Assembly: GCF_025526975.1 (NCBI RefSeq)
Contig: NW_026515676.1
Span: forward strand, 744,001 to 808,000
Direction of reading: 5' to 3'
Length of the DNA: 64,000 bases
Source: Fimicolochytrium jonesii
Taxonomy: Eukaryota
Under the pieces are notes generated by a model that was not told the origin of the DNA, searched no databases, and was given only the letters and a program-made list of their open reading frames with translations. The position numbers and the translations under genes are program-made. Shown piece after piece: positions 10,627 through 22,499 of the stretch (positions are counted from its first letter, which is position 1; each line of letters opens with the position of its first letter).

Positions 10627-13600
10627 TCACATGATCAAACAGTCCTTGTCCCCCTGTCCCTCCCTCCCGTCTCGTTCCCGCTCCCGCTCCCGCTCCCTCT
10701 CCTTCCCACTCGAACTACTCCCCGCAAAGCTCTTCCTCTTACTCTTCAACAAAAAACTATGCAGCGCCGCCGCCGACGTATTCGTTCCCAGGCCTTTATC
10801 TTTCTCCTTCTCTTCTTTCGGAGAGGAGGCGGATGAGGCGCGGCGTTTTGCTGAGGTTGGTGGTGGTGGTTTTGAGGATTTGGAAGCGGTGGTTGTGGTG
10901 GTGGGGAGGGAGGGTGCGATGGTGGGTGGGGCGGTCGCGGGTGGCGGTGCTTTTGGGAGGTGGTGGGTGTCGGTGGAGATGGAGGGTGGGGTAATGAAGC
11001 GGGCTTTGAGGGGTTTGACTGCGAGTTCTTGTGTCGGCACCGGCGCTGTTTCCTCGTCTTCATCCGCAGCCGGGTCTTTAAGCTGTTCTTTGGATTTGGA
11101 TTTCAGACTGGAGCGTTTACTCTGCGTCGAGGGCGGGGTTGGCGGGGCGTTCGACTGCTGCTGCTGCTGCTGCGTGCGTTGTGATTGTGACGCCGCCGCA
11201 GCGGGTGTGTTGTCGTCGATATCAGCCGCAAGCGCATTGGCTGTCTCCTCCATCTGTTGTAACCCAATCTCATTCAGAACCCTCGAGCTACTTCTCGTCA
11301 AGGTGGTCAACGACGGTTCGCCGGGGGTGTTGGCCGCGGTGGTACCGTCGAGCGTCGACAATGTTTGCGATCCGACCCCGGGCGTGGCTTCCCGATCGGC
11401 AGCTCCTACAGACCCGGCGCTCTTGTCCACCGCGCTACCCGTTTGCTCCTCATCATACTCCTCCTGCACTTCTTCCTTCACGCTAAGCTGTTTCGCATGG
11501 CGGTCCAGTGTCGCCACCCGTGCCAACGCGGGTGACGGGCCGGGAGGAGGACGCCACGACGCGGCGGAGGACGTGTCTGATAGGGACGACCTGGACGACG
11601 TGGAGGGGATAGTATCTGTTGGGATGGTGGACAGTGGGGCGTCCAGCACGGCTTCGAAGAGTCGGGCGGGGGGAAGGGAGGACGCGCTAGAGGGGGAGGA
11701 CGGTGTTGCGGTGCTGCCCGCCGAGGCGCTGTGAGTTGAGGATTCGCTCGGTGAAGTGATGGTGGGAGGGGGGTGGTCTTTTGCATTTTCCTGTATAAGC
11801 TGCGCGCCGACTTCGAGGAGTTTGAGGCTTTCCTCTGCTGTGCGAACATCCTGTTTCGCCGCCATCAAATGGTGAGATTCGCAAAAAATGCCTAGAAAAT
11901 AACCCGTGTGCAGTCTGTACCTTATACTTCTTCTGTATCCACTCATGCTGCAACAACTGACTCGCGCTCGCCCGTTTCGTGATATCTCTCTGGAAGCAAC
12001 ATCCGAAAAAGTCCCGCAGTTCCTATCCCATTGACAAGCCCAGGTAAGGCACTCCTTTCAGATCACGCCTTTCCCACTCTTGCTCTGTCCCCATCTCTCA
12101 CCTGCGAAATATCCTCCGGCAGCGGCGGCGCGTCGTCCTCCACGATCCGGAACAAGGCGGTCATCGGGTTCTTGAGGTCGAGATAAGGCGGTTTGCCGGT
12201 CACCATCTCGATGATGGTACATCCCAAGCTCCATATGTCGGATGCAGTCGATGCGCCTTTCAATTCGATGATCTAATTTTCGTGCTATGTTCAGTACAAA
12301 AAAGTGTATTCAATGTGAATGCCTAGGAGTCGTACCTCAGGTGCCATCCAATACGGTGTTCCCGCTGCAAGTGAACAATATCCGATGGTGAGAAAAGATG
12401 CACGGGAAGCGCTCGACGACACAACATACCAATCGCGCCCTCGTCCTCGCCAACACCATTCAAGACCTTGCTCACGCCAAAATCGCTCAACTTCACAGTC
12501 GAGTCCTTCGTCGTCAAAATATTCGCGCACTAAATGACCCGATTCCGCCATGAGCACTCGAAAGCGTTTGGTTGCCTGTCAAAAGCCCAAGCACACCTTC
12601 AAGTCACAATGCACGACGCCCTGAGCGTGCAGATACGTCAGGCCTCTGAGTATATCCTCCGAATAGACCGCAGCGAGCTTTTCTGGGATCAGTAGGTTGT
12701 ATTTCTTCATCACGCTCTGGAGTGACCCGCACTCCATATATCTAAAGCGGTAGTAAATTCAGTACTCTTGCCATGGACGCTAAGCAGGTAAGGAGGGGAA
12801 CCCACTCTAAAATGATGTTGAGGTAGTTTTCGTCCAGTAGGAAGCCGAGGTATTTGACGATGTTGGTATGTGTTAGAGATTTGAGGAGCTCGACTTCTTG
12901 CTATGAGGGGGAGGGCGATCTTCATGAGCGCCGAGGACGGATGGAACCATTGATGTGCGCATATGCGCACGTACCATCAGATCTGTGACACCCTGTTCTT
13001 TCCGATCGGCTAACGGGATGCGTTTGATGGCCGCCACTTGCCCCGTTTCCATATTCAGCGCTCTGATGAGAAGGGCATACTGAATATCCTTATTCTTTGG
13101 GAGGACGAGAAATGCGAGACTCCCACTCACTGGTATACGGCCCCGAATTGTCCCTTCCCTATCCCGCTGCCCAATTGCTGTCAATTCAGACCAAGTCAAT
13201 TCCCAGTGCTCATCATACTCTCAACATTCGTCACCTCCAACGAAAACGTACATAGTTCCCGACAACGGTCTTTTCCTTCATACTCCTCACACTTCCACTC
13301 GTCGACGGCCTCGCAGACCGATGAGGCGACTCCGTCCTCCTTCTCGAAACCTTCATCCCCAGCTCCGACTCCGATTTCTTTAACCGTGGGGCCCCTGACG
13401 ATTTCACGGGCGTCGGACTGGCCCCACCCCTGCTGTCCATGCTCGACCGTCCACTATTCCCGCCTTTCTCGGTCCCGCTTTCGGAAGCCGGCGGCGGGGT
13501 GGTGAAGCTGGATGCGGAGGCGGATTTGATTTGCAGGAATGGCGCGTGCGTTGGCGGTGATTTCGGGGGCAGGGTGGGCGCGATGGAGGGTGATGCTTGG

Positions 13601-14724
13601 TTCGTTGGCAGAGGTGAGGCGTCGTGAATGATGACATTGTCGCGGTATGGGTTCAAATCGTCTGGCGGGCGGGCCTTCAACGGCGCTCCAGCGATGACCC
13701 GCGCGATGGTTAGGATCGTGGTGATGACCGACTGCATCTCTTTGCCTTCGAACAAGTCGACCGTCTGGAAAATTTCGTGGCCCTTCAAACCGAGAGTTTG
13801 GGCTGCAGTCAGAAAGCGATTAATGTTTTCCATCTGCAGAAAGGGCATGTTTCGAGTGCTGATAATGGGTATCGTCCCTGGTCTCAGCTTATTTATTAAC
13901 CTAGATGTAAACGTAAGTGAGCACAGGTGTATCCGGGCGATGTGACATCTGAACAACCTTGGGTGGCACTTACTCGCACAAAATCACGCCATTTCTCAGC
14001 GACGCCCAAAGACTTTCGTCGGGTAGTTTTCGTCCAAGCGTCGACTCTATGAAAGCTACGGCTGCTTGTTGGTTTTCCGATTGCTATGAATTTTGTTGAA
14101 GTCAGTCAGACGCAACTCTTGGTTGGATGGGCCGATGGTTGAATGATGTGATCGATCGGCGGATGGTAAAACGATGGTTGAACATGTGGTGCTCGCTTCG
14201 CTCGCAAAAGATCTGACGCTCGCTGAGGGCTCGCCAAGAGCCCTGGTTAGGGGAGTATTGCGCCCTTTGGCCCTCGCGCTCGCTGTCGCTCGCGAAGGCG
14301 TTCGGTCTGGTGGAAGGCGGTAACGCTCGGTCTCCCAGACCAAACCAAGGCTCGCCTATGGCTCGCCTACTTCAAACATCCTTGCGCCTCGCTCCGCTTG
14401 TCGCAGTCGCTCGCTTCGCTAGCGCCCTGAATCACTCCGCCCGCGGCGCCTCACCTGAGCAGCCTTCTTCATCTCCGCCTTATCAAACCCCAAACTCGAC
14501 GTATCAGAGCCCGCTGACGCGACGCTGTGCCTCCCTGCCGCTGCCGCAACAGACGGCCTTGCCGAATTCGTATTGCTCATTGTTGGCTGACGCTTGAGGT
14601 TCCCAGAGGAAACGCTGGATGGTAAGGTGGACGCGGTATTCGCATCCAAACCGCCGGCGGCGGACTGGGCGAGGGCGAGAGACGCAGCTACTTGAGCCGC
14701 CTGTTCTGGGGCGACTCTTGTCAT
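10627..14724 (-). CDS. Calponin-homology domain + Cdc15/SepH-like STE kinase with C-terminal CaaX, multi-exon
   Basis: CH domain: [26 protein letters not shown]...QMENINRFL...[10 protein letters not shown]. Kinase: [42 protein letters not shown]. Low-complexity tail ends in DKDCLIM*. Confidence 0.88.
14084..14454 (-). other. Long intron (371 nt) with GCGAGCGAAGCGAG and CAACCAT motifs
   Basis: GTGAGG donor and TTCATAG acceptor keep the frame ([18 protein letters not shown]). Motif-rich interior. Confidence 0.8.
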
Positions 14725-15432
14725 CAACGGCGGCCAGAGGCTAATGCTGGTATTGTACTGGACGGGTTGTTGTCGTTCTGGTTTCCAATTTCGAAACGCG
14801 TTACGACAGTTAGAAGGAAATGCGGCGTGGGAAAATGGAAGTCTGAGTGGGAGTGGGAGGGCTGAGTTTAGATACTCAGTGGTGGTGGATGCTGAGTAGA
14901 CGTTGACGGCTCTGCGACAGTGTTGTATGTGCTCCCCAGACGTCTACCTGCAGATATCTGCCAATTGGAGTCCGCTTCTGCTGTGGATAAGTGGGCCATC
15001 CGTCCGTCGTCCATGCCACGCGCGAAAAGGGGTCTGTTCGGATGTCATCACAAACAACCCACGCGTTCGCTCTTACTCACTCGACCCCTGGCTTCCCTGC
15101 TTTCATGCCCGCAAATCACTCCCGGAACAGGAGGACCAGGAGGTCGTGCGTGGGTCCAGACTCCTTGATGAGAGCCTCTCTGGGTATGCTGTATGGTACA
15201 TAACGTATTGTGTGATCCATGACACGGTATACGTGCTTGGATTTTAGAGGTCCCACTCTCGACGTGGGATGGTATTATAGCTGCCACATGCGCCGTCTAT
15301 CGGCCGGGGCCAACCGCCGTGGTCAAGAAGTTATGAGTTCAGATGCCTTCGCTGAGTGTAAAGAGAGTATCATAGGCCCCTGATATTTACAAAAGAATAC
15401 AAGATAAGATAGACAAAAAGCATAGCATACAG

Positions 15433-16867
15433 ATGAGTCTCCCTCCAGGTGAATTGAGCGAGATTGCCAGCGAGACAAACCCTCACACTCCTGTCAAATC
15501 GGTTCCTCCCGTCTCAACGCCCCGCCCGATGCTCAGCTACAAAGGCACCCCGCCTCAAGGTCACATCCACCTCCAACCCCAGATTTCAAATTCGTTCCCC
15601 GCATCCCCCAATCCTTGCCCGGCACGCACGGCATTTGTTTTCCTGCCCGGTTTCCGTCCCAAATGGCTAAACAGGCTGAGGCCGAATTTGCTGGAAAGAG
15701 GTTGTTCAGCCCACAACCCCCGGGCAGTCGTTTGTTGTATGCTTTGGGCAGTTGGGCTGGGTACGAGCGGCGCGAACGCCAGAGCTTCCTCATATTTTAT
15801 CTAGCGCTTCCATGACGAGTACCGAGTTTCCGCGGATGACCTATTGATGGGAATGAGGGTTGAGTAACCTCGCCAGAGGATGATGGCAAAAGCTTGCTTA
15901 TACGACGGAGATACGTACGACGCTGCCGATCTGCCTTTCCTCCGTGTCCGAGATCTTCTCGACGGTCTCTTCCAGGACGAGGTTCATGAAAGGATCGAAA
16001 CCTGTAAGAGAAATGACGAGAATGAGTCCAAATCATCCACCGAAACCAACCCCCAAGCCACTCTTTCCCAATCGCAGAATCCTTCCCGCATCCCTAATAT
16101 CTCACAAATATTTTTGACGCCCCCCACAACAATCCTCCCTCATTCACCACGTACCACGCAAAACACCCTCAACCTTCCTATCGCCGTTAAGTTGAATGAA
16201 CAACCTCTTGTCCATGTACCTATGGGGGAGAGATACGGTAAGTAATCCAATCAGCTTCTCTGTTACGCTATAGTTCAGTACCCGTCCCGCCTCCCCTCTC
16301 CTTGTTGTGCTTTGGACGGCCTTTTCAAGAGGGACGATGCACCATGGTTGCTAACTCCCGGCGCTCATTCAAGAAGCTTCGTACCCGGGCCCCATTTCCC
16401 GCTCCTCTCCATCCACACGTCCCCTACCCCACACACATCCCTCGCATACCGCTTCCATCCTCCCGCTTGATCCACCCTCCTTCCCATCCCAAATCCCCCC
16501 TCCATGAATATTGATCACGTCCCAGAATCCCATCCAGCGCGATTTTGCGCACTACACCCAATCAGCCCGTCTTTCCATGCGGTGCCCCTGCGCTTGACCA
16601 ACCGATCTCACCCGTGGGTGTTTATCCAGCTGGGCCTCGCACATTCCCAATCCGGAACAGCTGCTGATCCCTATTTTGAGACTAGAGACTTTACAGGGGG
16701 TGAGGCGGTACGTACTTCTTGAGTTCGGGGGTCGGTGCTTTGGACATTTTGGGCGATGTTCCGTTTGTTGTGTGTGGAGCTGTGGGGAAGACGATATTCG
16801 CTGTGAGCTGTGCGTCCATAAGCTGCGAGTCTTACCGGGAATTGAATTCGATGTGCAAGTCACGTGA
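15433..16867 (+). CDS. Possible multi-exon hypothetical gene or decayed gene
   Basis: Chain of plus-strand ORFs (15433, 15880, 16676) with a GTAAGT donor near 16238. No family recognised. Confidence 0.2.
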
Positions 16868-17017
16868 AGTTCCAAAATGATTGAATTCACGCCTTGTTTT
16901 TCAAATGAATGTCCACTTCTACCTCATGAACCATCCCTTGAAATGCAAAAGATATATATCGCCACAGGATGTTCGCACTATACCACACCCTCACCCACAA
17001 CAGAAAAAATATCCCGT

Positions 17018-20000
17018 CTACTCCGCCCACCAATTAACATAAACCCCCGTCGGCTCCTTCTCCCTCCCCGGCGCCGGCAAGCCCAGCACACTCTCCGCCC
17101 AAAGATCATTCACAGTCGGCTCGCCCTCCCCCGTGGTGGCGCTGTTTGCATTCGCAGCCGCAGCGGCCGAGGATCGACGGCGGCCGCTGCGCGGGTTACG
17201 TGGTTTACCGTTGGTCGTGCCGGCCACCGAGACCTCGGCTCCACCCACATCCGGTTTCGTTTCCCCATTCTCGTCTGTCGCCTCCAGCGGCGGTACAGGT
17301 GCAGAGTGACTCCCTGCGTCATCCACACCCTCCCAAACTTCCAGCACCTCCTCCTCGAGCGCGGCCTTGAGTGCCTTCTCACGCACACCGCGGACTTCAA
17401 GGGCGTCGAGGAGCGTGTCGACTTCGCGTTTGGTGGAATAGTAGCCCCAGCGGCCGTGGGTGACGCCTTGGATCACAACATCTTGTTCCCGTGGCGTCAG
17501 TTGTGTCGTTGTCGTTGCCGTCGCGTTCTTCTTCTCATCGCCGTCGGCAGCTTGCCCGGGCGGTTGAATCCCAACACACTCAACGTATATCCGATCATGC
17601 ACAAACACCGGCGGCGGGTGGTGACCCACGCCTCCCGCACCAGCCACACCGGGGAGCGTCTCAATCGCCTTATACATCGCCGGCTCCGGCAGCTGTCGCG
17701 CAGTATAAAAGAACGGCTGGTCAAAGAACCAGTACCTATTATGGTACCTATCCGTCGCAAACTTGACCATGCGTGAGGCAGCTGTGCAGTGGTGGATAGC
17801 GTTATCGATCGCGACGTCGCGGAGGACGAGGTCGGCGTCGCGGTCGAGGAAGGATTTGCGTTGGAGGTTACGTTCGCGGGCGATTTTTTTCGCGTTCTTC
17901 AGTTCGGCTTGTTGCGCGGCCTGGGCTGCGCGTTGGAGGTTGTCGATGTGTTGTTGGCGAAGACGTTCAGCTTGCAGTTTCGCGACGCGGGAGGTTGTGG
18001 CGGTCGCTGTCGTGCCTGAGGCGCCGGAATCGCTTTGTCGGCGACCGCCGCGGCCAGAGGACCGCGGAGAGGGGCTATGGTGCTTGGAGTTGGCGGTGGA
18101 CGCTCCCGTTGAGTGTCTCCCACCAGTCCGACGAGACGTCAGCAGGCGCTTATGATCGTCCTCTGAATCTTCTTCCACATCGACGTCCTTGTCCTCCCAA
18201 CTCCGTCCATTCGTCTTGCCTTTCCCTTTCCCTTCTGAATCATCGCCACCCGAGGACACCGACCCGGCATCCGACGACCGCGATGCAGACACGCTGAAGG
18301 CCACACTTTCTCCATCGCCAGCTCCCGGTTCCGATTCGTGTGTTTCCGCAGGCGGAGATCCACCCGTGATGTCCACACCCTCCGCCCCATTCGCACCCTG
18401 ACTCCCCTCCTTGACAGCCTCCTTATAAGCCGCCGCCGCCGCCTCATCCCTCTCCACCTTCTCAAACTCCGCCACAAGCGCCGCAAGCTCCCTCTTCTCC
18501 CTCCAAATCTCGCGTTTCTCCTTCCGCAGCTCGTTGGCACACTCGATGCACTCATCGATGTAGTCGCGGATCACGTCAGAGGTGCCGACGAGGTGGTCGA
18601 CGAGGAAGGTGAGGAGTTGGACGCGGTGTGCGGCGGTGAGGCGGGTGGAGAAGCCGGTTTGGGTGTGGTCGATTAGCCGGTCGAAGGCCAGTTTGGCTTT
18701 TTTGGATTTGCCCTTTTTCTTGCTTGCCGCACCCGATGTTGACGAAGCAGTCGCGGTTGGCGTGGCGCGGGCTTTCGAGGCGGGAGCAGGGACGGAACCA
18801 ACTTCGGTGGTTACGCCCTTGACCTGTGCGCGGTGCTGGGCGCGGGCGCCACGACCCGCCGCCGTGTTGGATGCCGGGTCGCCCTCGCGCTTGGACGGGT
18901 AATCCGATCCAGCCTCGTAATCGTCGTCATATTCGCGTCGACGGCGTTTGCGCAATCCAAACGGCCTCGCAGTCCCGTCTTCCACCTCGGGTGTCCCCAG
19001 ATCCGTCGCGGCGGGTGAAGGCGTCTCATCATCATCAATCACAATGTCCATAGCTGCAGACGTATCTCCCGCGGCCACCACGGGGTCCTCATCGTCCTTA
19101 ACATCGATCTCCATCTCATCCTCCACATCCTCCCCATGATGCTCCCCACACAGCAGCTTGGCAAGAATGGGCCACTTGTCCGGTACACTTTCAATACTCG
19201 CACAGTCCCTTAACGCGCCCGCAAGCACAATCTGCCACGCTTTGAGTCTCAACAACGACGGGCCTTCTTTCAGCTGCTGCTGAGCTGCTGCTGTGGCTCC
19301 GCGCTTGCCTGTTGGGACTTCGCGGTTCCATTTCTCGGGCTCCCATTTCCACCATTGGTCAAGCGCTGCGCGCTCGTCGTCTGTGAAGGTGCTGTAGGTC
19401 GCTGCGTACTGCTCCATCGCCGTGCGGGTTTCCGGCGTGACTGTCGGTAACAGTCCCTCGGCGGATTGATCGTCCGCAACTAGAGTGATGGCCGCCTTGG
19501 CCTCTGGGTGGACAGGAGGCGTGTCCATATCGCCTACCTTGAACCCGTACTCATTACAAGCGACGCGAAGAAGACATGCAAACGCCTCGTTGACGAGCGA
19601 ACTCGGTCCATCCAACGTCGTGCTCGATAGCGAGGATATGAAGTCGGCGACCGTGAACGGGAACATGTTTAATGGCCGAGAGTAGATGTTCAAGAAATTG
19701 ACCACTTGTATAAGATCCCCGACCAACGGCGGAGGAACGTCGCCGAAATCCGTCTGCGGTTCAGGAATCGTGGCGGTGGGCCATCCAGGCAGTTCTTTGA
19801 GCTGATCAGCGTGCGCAAGAAGCTCCAGATCATCCATAGGGAATCGCAGAGGCTTGGGTTTCGGTTTCCGTTTCGGCTTGGCTGGCTTGGGCGGTGGGAC
19901 TGGGGCAGCTTCAGGCGATGCCGCTTTCTTTGGACGGCCGCCTTTCTTTTTTCCGCTCGATGTCTCCTCGGCTTCGGGATTCTTGCGTGGCCGCCCTTTC

Positions 20001-21293
20001 TTCTTTGCGCCTGCTTTCGGACCGCTGTCGTCTTCACCTCCCTCATCGCCTTCCTCGAGAAAGGCTGCTTCGCTCTCGCGTTTCGCTTTCTTCTTGGCTT
20101 TCTCCCTGTCCTTCTTGGCTGCCTGCGCCTTGGCATCAGCCAAAGACTTCCTCCGCTTCTCGTCGAGCAGCTCACGAACCGCCGGCGGCATGACATCCGG
20201 GACGCGATACTCCTGCAGGAACTCCGGCCGCACGATCCATGGCGCACCAGGCCACACATCCCTCGTCGCGACATCCCGGATGAATTTCTTGAAGCTCTGC
20301 TTGGCCAAGATCCCTCGATCGCGCCGCAGTTGTGCGACAGGGAGAATGTACTCCACGGGTATACCCTCCGTCTCCTCGATGGTAAGCAGCTCGTCATTTT
20401 TGTCCACCAGGTTCACGCGGTAGAGAATTTCAAAGTTATCGGTCGGGAAGGGACCGTCCAGGTTTTCCAGGATCTGGTATGGTTTTGCGTCTGGTGGGGA
20501 CATGGCCCCGAGGATCTTGGCTAGTGCGAGCGTGCCAACCACACTGACGTACACGTGCTCGAACATGTACAGATGTCCCGCGAACTGTTCGTAGAGGTCC
20601 TCAATCAAGTTGTTGAGTTTGTCCGTGCCTTGGGAGGTTGGGGAAAAGAGAAATCAGAACCACGTCGCGCAGAAGAAGGATCCAGGAAAGATATCATCAA
20701 CTCACTGTAATGGATCATCCGAATCGCAGGCGCACGCCAGACCTCCGGAAAACTTTCTTCTATTCGTTTTACGGCTTGCCTCTCAGACTCGAGCGCCTCC
20801 TCGTAGGTGAGATTCGATATTCCGGTCTTTCCACATGTGAACTGCCTCTTGCGGAGAAAGCCATACCGCGCAACATAGTCTCTAGAAGATTAAACGAGTG
20901 CGAATTAGCGTCAACTTCATGATCGTTTTCCATGAGCAGTCTATGATGTGTGGATGTCAGAACTCACTCGTAACTGGTGAAGATCTCGCCGGTACATCTG
21001 ATCTGCCAGACTTCCGTCTGGGCATGCAATCCATACATGGGCTGTGGCTGCTCCGACTCGTCCATCTGATCAGATTCCTGGGATTGAGACTGCTGAGGAC
21101 GGTCCGGATGGTTGGGATAACCGCCGTGCGCCGGTGTGCGAGGCCTGGAAGGCGGTCCGGAAGCCGGGGAACCATATAGAGCGTTTTCTTGTTGATAAAC
21201 GCCGCGGTGGCCATGAATACGGAACAGGTTCGTGCGCTCAACCTCAGGCGGCAGCGTCAATAGGGACACCGGTTTTCGCTTGTACCACGGCAT
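17018..21293 (-). CDS. ITC1: ISWI-complex subunit Itc1/ACF1-like (WAC, DDT, WHIM/WSD domains)
   Basis: WAC start MPWYKRKPV...VWQIRCTGEIFTSYE, DDT region LIQVVNFLNIYSRPL, WSD-like TDRYHNRYWFFD and WGYY...LEVRGVREKAL. Confidence 0.88.
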
Positions 21294-22499
21294 CTTGGGT
21301 CAGACGGTGGTAAGTGTGCTTTGAGAAGGGGAGAATGGACCGCGGACGGGAGCAGAGCGTTTGGCACCGGTGAGCCTTGTACGCGCAGGGGGCTGCTCGA
21401 GCGAAGGTGTGCACGATGCCGAAGGAGTTGACGCCGACGGGAAAAAAAAAGAAGAAAGTATTTGAAGGGAAAAAGCGGAGGTGGCCTTCAACGATGGCTT
21501 TCCTATTATGGTGGAAAGAACGAACGCGCGGCTTTCTAACGACTGCCGAGGCAGCTAGAACGCAACTGGGCCGTGCTGCTCGGTGTCGGGGAAATGCGTT
21601 GAGGTGTATGCGTGGGGATGGAGGGTGAGACGCTATGAATCGGCGAGGGGCGCAAAAGAAGAGGGACGGGACCGAGTGTGACGGTGAGTTTAGTGGTGAA
21701 GTAGTACGCTTGCCAAAAGGCAGGAAGGCGAAGGCTACCGGGTATTGTCAGTGAGTACAGTAGTGCATGTACCGCTGCATGTGCAGACTGAAGGGTTGCG
21801 AAGTGGGAGGGAGTGGAAGTGCGGGGGCCGGAGGGATACGCAGGTCAGCCTCTTCTTCTCTTTATGCACGGACGGGAAGGAAAACAAGAAGGCGGCGGGG
21901 CGAGCGCGGAGGGGGAGTTGCGAATAGCCCTCTTGTCAAGGCAACCACAGCGAGCAAGCGTTTTTGCGCGCCCCTATCACCTACAAGTGTCTTTCGCATC
22001 GACAGAACACTCGAACTGTGCGGGTACCTCGCCTTCCACATGAAGGGAAGACGGCGACGACGACGACGACGACGAGCATTCCAGAGAGAGAGAATGGCGA
22101 GAGAATGCATCGTGTGAACATACGCAGCAGCAGTCTTGTGTGTTCTCAATGGGTGCTGGGAGCCAGTGAGGGAGGGGTGTGAATTCTGAAGGGAAAGAAA
22201 ATGACAGCGTGAGAAATGATCCCACGCGTCGCTTTTGACTCATATTGACACCATTCTCGCCCATCATCATGATCCGACACGGCCAAAGTTGTTGGATGTG
22301 AGGTCCGAAGAGAGAAGAAGGCGAGCTTTTTTAACGCAAAGTCCAACCCATGCAAATACGGCATTGCGAAAGAAAATCAAACATAGTATGAATGAACGTT
22401 CCCACCCTCAGACGGTTCAGATCATCGCTAGTAACTCCGCTGCGAGCTTCGTGTGACCTCCGTCAATAAACTGTCAAAGCTCTACGTTCTAGTCACGGC

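Noticed and set aside
12955..12970. 16-bp palindrome GTGCGCATATGCGCAC in a kinase intron
   Set aside because: Short and isolated, with no supporting context.
14056..14084. Apparent frameshift or microexon at kinase intron 1
   Set aside because: Using the TTCATAG acceptor at 14084 restores the frame.
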